Shown here: positions 53,301 to 62,100 of the stretch, one piece after another | Layout of the letters: every line of letters begins with the position of its first letter | Position numbering within the stretch: position 1 is the stretch's first letter | Assembly: GCA_964016885.1 (NCBI GenBank) | Contig: OZ024743.1 | Location: 132,680,001 to 132,744,000 of the forward strand | Length of the DNA stretch: 64,000 nt | Source of the DNA: Eledone cirrhosa | Taxonomy: Eukaryota | Reading direction: 5' to 3' | The notes under the pieces: model-generated | Seen by the model: the letters and a program-made list of their open reading frames with translations, nothing else | The model's database searches: none | What the model was told of the DNA's origin: nothing | Translations under genes and position numbers: made by a program

Positions 53301-54639
53301 GCATGGTGTTTGGTGCTTGGTGCCTGGTGCTTGTTGTTTGGTGATTGGTGCTTGGTGTTTCCTGTTTGGTGTTTGGTGTTTGGTGTTTGCTGTTTTGTGT
53401 TTGGTGCTTGGTGCTTGGTGCTTGGTGTTTGGTACTTGGTGCTTGGTGCATGGTGTTTTGTGCTTGATTCTTGGTGTTTGGTGCTTGGTGTTTGGTGCTT
53501 AGTGCTTGGTGTTTGGTGTTTGGTGCTTGGTGTTTGGTGCTTGGTGCTTGGTGCTTGGTGTTTGGTGTTTGGTGCTTCATGCTTGGTGCTTGGTGTTTGG
53601 TGCTTGGTGCTTAGTGTTTGGTGCTTGGTGCCTGGTGCATGGTGTTTGGTGCTTGATGCTTGGTGTTTGGTGTTTGGTGCTTGGTGTTTGGTGCTTGGTG
53701 CTTGGTGCTTGGTGTTAGGTGTTAGGTGTTTGGTGATTGGTGCTTGGTGTTTGGTGCTTGGTGCTTGATGTTTGGTGCTTGTTGCTTGGTGTTTGGTGCT
53801 TGGTGTTTGGTGCTTGGTACTTGGGGCTTGGTGTTTGGTGCTTGGTGCTTGGTGCTTGGTGTTTGGTGCTTGGTGCTTGGTGTTTGGTGTTTGGTGCTTG
53901 GCGTTTGGTGCTTGGTGCTTGCTGCTGGGTGGTTGGTGTTTGGTGCTTGGTGCTTGGTGTTTGGTGCTTGGTGCTTGGTGCTTGGTGTTTGGTGCTTGGC
54001 GCTTGGTGCTTGGTCTTTGGTGCTTGGTGTTTGGTGTTTGGTGCTTGGTGCTTGGTGTTTGGTGCTTGGTGATTAGTGTTTGGTGCTTGGTGCTTGGGGT
54101 TTGGTGTTTGGTGCTTGGTGCTTGGTGTTTGGTGCTTGGTGTTTGGTTTTTACTGTTTGGTGTTTGGTGTTTGCTGTTTGCTGTTTGCTGTTTCGTGTTT
54201 ATTGTTTGCTGTTTGGTGTTTGGTGTTTGGTGTTTGGTGTTTCCTGTTTGGTGTTTAGTCTTTGGTGATTGGTGCTTGGTGCTTGGTGTTTGGTGTTTGG
54301 TGCTTGGTGCTTGGTGTTTGGTGCTTGGTACTTGTTGTTTGGTGATTGGTGCTTGGTGCTTGGTGTTTGCTGTTTGGTGCTTGGGGCTTGGTGTTTGGTG
54401 CTGCGTGCTTGGTGCTTGGTGCTTGGTGCTTGGTGCTTGGTGTTTGGTGTTTGATGATTGGTGTTTGGTGTTTGGTGTTTGGTGCTTGGTGCTTGGTGTT
54501 TGGTGATTGATGCTTGCTGCTTGATGCTTGGTGCTTGGTGCTTGGTGTTTGGTGCTTGGTGCTTGGTGTTTGGTGCTTGGTACTTGGTGTTTGGTGCTTG
54601 GTGTTTGCTGTTAGCTGTTTGGTGTTTGGTGTTTGTTGT

Positions 54640-57600
54640 TTGCTGTTTGGTGTCTGCTTTTTGGTGTTTGTTGTTTGCTCTATGGTGTTTGCTGTTTCAT
54701 GTTTGGTGTTTGCTGTTTGGTGTTTGGTGTTTGCTGTTTGGTGTTTGGTGCTTGGTGTTTGGTGCTTGGTGCTTGGTGTTTGGTGCTAGGTGCTTCATGC
54801 TTGGTGCTTGGTGTTTGGTGTTTGGTGCTTGGTACTTGGGGCTTGGTGTTTGGTGCTTGGTGCTTCGTGCTTGGTGTTTGGTGCTTGGTGCTTGGTGTTT
54901 GGTGTTTGGTGCTTGGTGCCTGGTGCTTGTTGTTTGGTGATTGGTGCTTGGTGTTTGCTGTTTGGTGCTGCGTGCTTGGTGCTTGGTGCTTGGTGCTTGG
55001 TGCTTGGTGTTTTGTGTTTGGTGTTTGATGCTTGGTGTTTGGTGTTTGGTGCTTGGTTCTTGGTGTTTGGTGTTTGATGCTTGGTGCTTGATGCTTGGTG
55101 CTTGGTGCTTGGTGTTTGGTGCTTGGTGCTTGGTGTTTGTACTTGGTGTTTGGTGCTTGGTGTTTGGTGCTTGGTGCTTGGTGTTTGGTGCTTGGTGCTT
55201 GGTGCTTGGTGTTTGGTGTTTGGTGCTTGGTGTTTGGTGCTTGGTGCTTGGTGCTTGGTGTTAGGTGTTTGGTGCTTCATGTCTGGTGCTTGATGTTTGG
55301 TGCTTGGTGCTTGGTGTTTGGTGCTTGGTGCCTGGTGCATGGTGTTTGTTGCTTGGTGCTTGGTGTTTGGTGTTTGGTGCTTGGTGTTTGGTGCTTGGTG
55401 CTTGGTGTTTGGTGTTTGGTGTTTGGTGCTTGCTGCTTGCTGCTTGGTGTTTGGTGCTTGGTGATTGGTGCTTGGTGTTTGGTGCTTGGTGCTTGGTGTT
55501 TGGTGCTAGGTGCTTGGTGCTTGGTGCTTGGTGTTTGGTGTTTGGTGCTTGGTACTTGGGGCTTTGTATTTGGTGCTTGGTGCTTCGTGTTTGGTGTTTG
55601 GTGCTTGGTGCTTGGTGTTTGGTGCTTGGTGTTTGGTGCTTGGTGCTTGGTGCTGTGTGGTTGGCGTTTGGTGCTTGGTGCTTGGTGTTTGGTGCTTGGT
55701 GCTTGGTGCTTGGTGTTTGGTGCTTGGTGTTTGGTGTTTGGTGCTTGGTGCTTGGTGTTTGGTGCTTGGTGCTTGGTGTTTGGTGTTTGGTGCTTGGTGC
55801 TTGGTGTTTGGTGTTTGCTGTTTGATGTTTGGTGTTTGTTGTTTGGTGTTTGTTGTTTGGTGTTTTCTGTTTGGTGTTTGGTGTTTGCTGTTTCGTGTCT
55901 GCTTTTTGGTGTTTGGTGTTTGCTGTATGTTGTTTGCTGTTTGCTGTTTGGTGTTTGGTGTTTGGTGTTTGGTGCTTGCTGCTTGGTGTTTGGTGCTTGG
56001 TGCTTGGTGTTTGGTGCCTGGTGCTTGGTGCTTGGTGCTTGGTGTTTGGTGCCTGGTGCTTGGTGCTTGGTGCTTGGTGCTTGGTGTTTTGTGTTTGGTG
56101 TTTGGTTTTTGGTGCTTGGTCCTTGGTGTTTGGTGCTGGGTGCTTTGTGTTTGGTGCTTGGTGCTTGGTGTTTGGTGTTTGCTGCTTGGTGTTTGATGCT
56201 TGGTGCTTGGTGCTTGGTGTTTTGTGTTTGGTGCTTGGTGCTTGGTGTTTGGTGCTTGGTGCTTGGTGTTTGGTGCCTGGTGCTTGGTGCTTGGTGCTTG
56301 GTCCTTGGTGTTTGGTGCTGGGTGCTTGGTGTTTGATGCTTGGTACTTGGTGTTTGGTGCTTGGTGCTTGGTGTTTGGTGCTTGGTGCTGGTTGGTTGGT
56401 GTTTGGTGCTTGGTGTTTGGTGCTGGGTGCTTGGTGTTTCGTGCTTGGTGCTTGGTCTTTGGTGCTTGGTGTTTGGTGTTTGGTGCTTGGTGCTTGGTGT
56501 TTGGTGCTTGGTGCTTGGTGTTTAGTGCTAGGTGCTTAGTGTTTGGTGCTAGGTTCTTGGGGTTTGGTGTTTGGTGCTTGGTGTTTGGTGCTTGGTGCTT
56601 GGTGTTTGGTGCTTGGTGTTTGGTGTTTGCTGTTTGCTGTTTGGTGTTTGTTGTTTGGTGTTTGTTGTTTGGTGTTTGCTGTTTGGTGTTTCGTGTTTGC
56701 TGTTTCGTGTCTGCTTTTTGGTGTCTGGTGTTTGCTGTATGTTGTTTGCTGTTTGGTGTTTGGTGTTTGGTGTTTGGTGCTTGGTGCTTGGTGTTTGGTG
56801 CTTGGTGCTTGGTGTTTGGTGCCTGGTGTTTGGTGCTTGGTGTTTGGTGTTTGGTGTTTGGTGCTTGGTGCTTGGTGCTTGGTGTTTGGTGCTTGGTGCT
56901 TGGTGTTTGGTGACTGGTGCTTGGTGCTTGGTGTTTGGTGTTTGGTGTTTGGTGCTTGGTGCTTGGTGCTTGGTGTTTGGTGCTTGGTGCCTGGTGCTTG
57001 TTGTTTGGTGATTGGTGCTTGGTGTTTGCTGTTTGGTGCTGCGTGCTTGGTGCTTGGTGCTTGGTGCTTGGTGCTTGGTGTTTTGTGTTTGGTGTTTGAT
57101 GCTTGGTGTTTGGTATTTGGTGCTTGGTGCTTGGTGTTTGGTGTTTGATGCTTGGTGCTTGATGCTTGGTGCTTGGTGCTTGGTGTTTGGTGCTTGGTGC
57201 TTGGTGTTTGTACTTGGTGTTTGGTGCTTGGTGTTTGGAGCTTGGTGCTTGGTGTTTGGTGCTTGGTGCTTGGTGTTTGGTGTTTGGTGCTTGGTGTTTG
57301 GTGCTTGGTGCTTGGTGCTTGGTGTTAGGTGTTTGGTGCTTCATGCCTGGTGCTTGGTGTTTGGTGCTTGGTGCATGGTGCTTGGTGCTTGGTGCCTGGT
57401 GCGTGGTGTTTGGTGTTTGGTGCTTGGTGTTTGGTGCTTGGTGCTTGGTGTTTGGTGCGTGGTACTTGGTGTTTGGTGTTTGGTGTTTGTTGTTTGCTGT
57501 TTGGTGTCTGCTTTTTGGTGTTTGTTGTTTGCTCTATGGTGTTTGCTGTTTCATGTTTGGTGTTTGCTGTTTGGTGTTTGGTGTTTGCTGTTTGGTGTTT

Positions 57601-59170
57601 GGTGCTTGGTGTTTGGTGCTTGGTGCTTGGTGTTTGGTGCTAGGTGCTTCATGCTTGGTGCTTGGTGTTTGATGTTTGGTGCTTGGTACTTGGGGCTTGG
57701 TGTTTGGTGCTTGGTGCTTGGTGCTTGGTGTTTGGTGTTTGATGCTTGGTGCTTGATGCTTGGTGCTTGGTGCTTGGTGTTTGGTGCTTGGTGCTTGGTG
57801 TTTGTACTTGGTGTTTGGTGCTTGGTGTTTGGAGCTTGGTGCTTGGTGTTTGGTGCTTGGTGCTTGGTGTTTTGTGTTTGGTGCTTGGTGTTTGGTGCTT
57901 GGTGCTTGGTGCTTGGTGTTAGGTGTTTGGTGCTTCATGCCTGGTGCTTGGTGTTTGGTGCTTGGTGCATGGTGCTTGGTGCTTGGTGCCTGGTGCGTGG
58001 TGTTTGGTGTTTGGTGCTTGGTGTTTGGTGCTTGGTGCTTGGTGTTTGGTGCTTGGTACTTGGTGTTTGGTGTTTGGTGTTTGTTGTTTGCTGTTTGGTG
58101 TCTGCTTTTTGGTGTTTGGTGTTTGCTCTATGGTGTTTGCTGTTTCATGTTTGGTGTTTGCTGTTTGGTGTTTGGTGTTTGCTGTTTGGTGTTTGGTACT
58201 TGGTGTTTGGTGCTTGGTGCTTGGTGTTTGGTGCTAGGTGCTTCATGCTTGGTGCGTGGTGTTTGGTGTTTGGTGCTTGGTACTTGGGGCTTGGTGTTTG
58301 GTGCTTGGTGCTTCATGCTTGGTGTTTGGTGCTTGGTGCTTGGTGTTTGGTATTTGGTGCTTGGTGCCTGGTGCTTGTTGTTTGGTGATTGGTGCTTGGT
58401 GTTTGCTGTTTGGTGCTGCGTGCTTGGTGCTTGGTGCTTGGTGCTTGGTGCTTGGTGTTTTGTGTTTGGTGTTTGATGCTTGGTGTTTGGTGTTTGGTGC
58501 TTGGTTCTTGGTGTTTGGTGTTTGATGCTTGGTGCTTGATGCTTGGTGCTTGGTGCTTGGTGTTTGGTGCTTGGTGCTTGGTGTTTGTACTTGGTGTTTG
58601 GTGCTTGGTGTTTGGTGCTTGGTGCTTGGTGTTTGGTGCTTGGTGCTTGGTGCTTGGTGTTTGGTGTTAGGTGCTTGGTGTTTGGTGCTTGGTGCTTGGT
58701 GCTTGGTGTTAGGTGTTTGGTGCTTCATGTCTGGTGCTTGGTGTTTGGTGCTTGGTGCTTGGTGTTTGGTGCTTGGTGCCTGGTGCATGGTGTTTGTTGC
58801 TTGGTGCTTGGTGTTTGGTGTTTGGTGCTTGGTGTTTGGTGCTTGGTGCTTGGTGTTTGGTGTTTGGTGTTTGGTGCTTGCTGCTTGCTGCTTGGTGTTT
58901 GGTGCTTGGTGATTGGTGCTTGGTGTTTGGTGCTTGGTGCTTGGTGTTTGGTGCTAGGTGCTTGGTGCTTGGTGCTTGGTGTTTGGTGTTTGGTGCTTGG
59001 TACTTGGGGCTTTGTATTTGGTGCTTGGTGCTTCGTGTTTGCTGTTTGGTGCTTGGTGCTTGGTGTTTGGTGCTTGGTGTTTGGTGCTTGGTGCTTGGTG
59101 CTGTGTGGTTGGCGTTTGGTGCTTGGTGCTTGGTGTTTGGTGCTTGGTGCTTGGTGCTTGGTGTTTGGTG
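54640..59170 (+). repeat. ~1.1-kb dispersed direct duplication (~54640-55720 copied at ~58090-59170, offset 3448)
   Basis: ORF pairs 54790/58238, 54941/58389, 55081/58529, 55510/58958; shared rare variants 'gctttgtattt' and 'gctgtgtggttggcg'. Confidence 0.85.
57115..58305 (+). repeat. Internal 594-bp tandem duplication (again at ~62285-63475)
   Basis: ORF pairs 57166/57760, 57329/57923, 57534/58128 and 62335/62929, 62498/63092; 594 = 85x7 - 1 (one TTGTAC unit). Confidence 0.9.
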
Positions 59171-62100
59171 CTTGGCGCTTGGTGCTTGGTCTTTGGTGCT
59201 TGGTGTTTGGTGTTTGGTGCTTGGTGCTTGGTGTTTGGTGCTTGGTGATTAGTGTTTGGTGCTTGGTGCTTGGGGTTTGGTGTTTGGTGCTTGGTGCTTG
59301 GTGTTTGGTGCTTGGTGTTTGGTTTTTACTGTTTGGTGTTTGGTGTTTGCTGTTTGCTGTTTGCTGTTTCGTGTTTATTGTTTGCTGTTTGGTGTTTGGT
59401 GTTTGGTGTTTGGTGTTTCCTGTTTGGTGTTTAGTCTTTGGTGATTGGTGCTTGGTGCTTGGTGTTTGGTGTTTGGTGCTTGGTGCTTGGTGTTTGGTGC
59501 TTGGTACTTGTTGTTTGGTGATTGGTGCTTGGTGCTTGGTGTTTGCTGTTTGGTGCTTGGGGCTTGGTGTTTGGTGCTGCGTGCTTGGTGCTTGGTGCTT
59601 GGTGCTTGGTGCTTGGTGTTTGGTGTTTGATGATTGGTGTTTGGTGTTTGGTGTTTGGTGCTTGGTGCTTGGTGTTTGGTGATTGATGCTTGCTGCTTGA
59701 TGCTTGGTGCTTGGTGCTTGGTGTTTGGTGCTTGGTGCTTGGTGTTTGGTGCTTGGTACTTGGTGTTTGGTGCTTGGTGTTTGCTGTTAGCTGTTTGGTG
59801 TTTGGTGTTTGTTGTTTGCTGTTTGGTGTCTGCTTTTTGGTGTTTGTTGTTTGCTCTATGGTGTTTGCTGTTTCATGTTTGGTGTTTGCTGTTTGGTGTT
59901 TGGTGTTTGCTGTTTGGTGTTTGGTGCTTGGTGTTTGGTGCTTGGTGCTTGGTGTTTGGTGCTAGGTGCTTCATGCTTGGTGCTTGGTGTTTGGTGTTTG
60001 GTGCTTGGTACTTGGGGCTTGGTGTTTGGTGCTTGGTGCTTCGTGCTTGGTGTTTGGTGCTTGGTGCTTGGTGTTTGGTGTTTGGTGCTTGGTGCCTGGT
60101 GCTTGTTGTTTGGTGATTGGTGCTTGGTGTTTGCTGTTTGGTGCTGCGTGCTTGGTGCTTGGTGCTTGGTGCTTGGTGCTTGGTGTTTTGTGTTTGGTGT
60201 TTGATGCTTGGTGTTTGGTGTTTGGTGCTTGGTTCTTGGTGTTTGGTGTTTGATGCTTGGTGCTTGATGCTTGGTGCTTGGTGCTTGGTGTTTGGTGCTT
60301 GGTGCTTGGTGTTTGTACTTGGTGTTTGGTGCTTGGTGTTTGGTGCTTGGTGCTTGGTGTTTGGTGCTTGGTGCGTGGTGCTTGGTGTTTGGTGTTTGGT
60401 GCTTGGTGTTTGGTGCTTGGTGCTTGGTGCTTGGTGTTAGGTGTTTGGTGCTTCATGTCTGGTGCTTGATGTTTGGTGCTTGGTGCTTGGTGTTTGGTGC
60501 TTGGTGCCTGGTGCATGGTGTTTGTTGCTTGGTGCTTGGTGTTTGGTGTTTGGTGCTTGGTGTTTGGTGCTTGGTGCTTGGTGTTTGGTGTTTGGTGTTT
60601 GGTGCTTGCTGCTTGCTGCTTGGTGTTTGGTGCTTGGTGATTGGTGCTTGGTGTTTGGTGCTTGGTGCTTGGTGTTTGGTGCTAGGTGCTTGGTGCTTGG
60701 TGCTTGGTGTTTGGTGTTTGGTGCTTGGTACTTGGGGCTTTGTATTTGGTGCTTGGTGCTTCGTGTTTGGTGTTTGGTGCTTGGTGCTTGGTGTTTGGTG
60801 CTTGGTGTTTGGTGCTTGGTGCTTGGTGCTGTGTGGTTGGCGTTTGGTGCTTGGTGCTTGGTGTTTGGTGCTTGGTGCTTGGTGCTTGGTGTTTGGTGCT
60901 TGGTGTTTGGTGTTTGGTGCTTGGTGCTTGGTGTTTGGTGCTTGGTGCTTGGTGTTTGGTGTTTGGTGCTTGGTGCTTGGTGTTTGGTGTTTGCTGTTTG
61001 ATGTTTGGTGTTTGTTGTTTGGTGTTTGTTGTTTGGTGTTTTCTGTTTGGTGTTTGGTGTTTGCTGTTTCGTGTCTGCTTTTTGGTGTTTGGTGTTTGCT
61101 GTATGTTGTTTGCTGTTTGCTGTTTGGTGTTTGGTGTTTGGTGTTTGGTGCTTGCTGCTTGGTGTTTGGTGCTTGGTGCTTGGTGTTTGGTGCCTGGTGC
61201 TTGGTGCTTGGTGCTTGGTGTTTGGTGTTTGGTGCTTGGTGCTTGGTGCTTGGTGTTTTGTGTTTGGTGTTTGGTTTTTGGTGCTTGGTCCTTGGTGTTT
61301 GGTGCTGGGTGCTTTGTGTTTGGTGCTTGGTGCTTGGTGTTTGGTGTTTGCTGCTTGGTGTTTGATGCTTGGTGCTTGGTGCTTGGTGTTTTGTGTTTGG
61401 TGCTTGGTGCTTGGTGTTTGGTGCTTGGTGCTTGGTGTTTGGTGCCTGGTGCTTGGTGCTTGGTGCTTGGTCCTTGGTGTTTGGTGCTGGGTGCTTGGTG
61501 TTTGATGCTTGGTACTTGGTGTTTGGTGCTTGGTGCTTGGTGTTTGGTGCTTGGTGCTGGTTGGTTGGTGTTTGGTGCTTGGTGTTTGGTGCTGGGTGCT
61601 TGGTGTTTCGTGCTTGGTGCTTGGTCTTTGGTGCTTGGTGTTTGGTGTTTGGTGCTTGGTGCTTGGTGTTTGGTGCTTGGTGCTTGGTGTTTAGTGCTTG
61701 GTGCTTAGTGTTTGGTGCTAGGTTCTTGGGGTTTGGTGTTTGGTGCTTGGTGTTTGGTGCTTGGTGCTTGGTGTTTGGTGCTTGGTGTTTGGTGTTTGCT
61801 GTTTGCTGTTTGGTGTTTGTTGTTTGGTGTTTGTTGTTTGGTGTTTGCTGTTTGGTGTTTCGTGTTTGCTGTTTCGTGTCTGCTTTTTGGTGTCTGGTGT
61901 TTGCTGTATGTTGTTTGCTGTTTGGTGTTTGGTGTTTGGTGTTTGGTGCTTGGTGCTTGGTGTTTGGTGCTTGGTGCTTGGTGTTTGGTGCCTGGTGTTT
62001 GGTGCTTGGTGTTTGGTGTTTGGTGTTTGGTGCTTGGTGCTTGGTGCTTGGTGTTTGGTGCTTGGTGCTTGGTGTTTGGTGACTGGTGCTTGGTGCTTGG

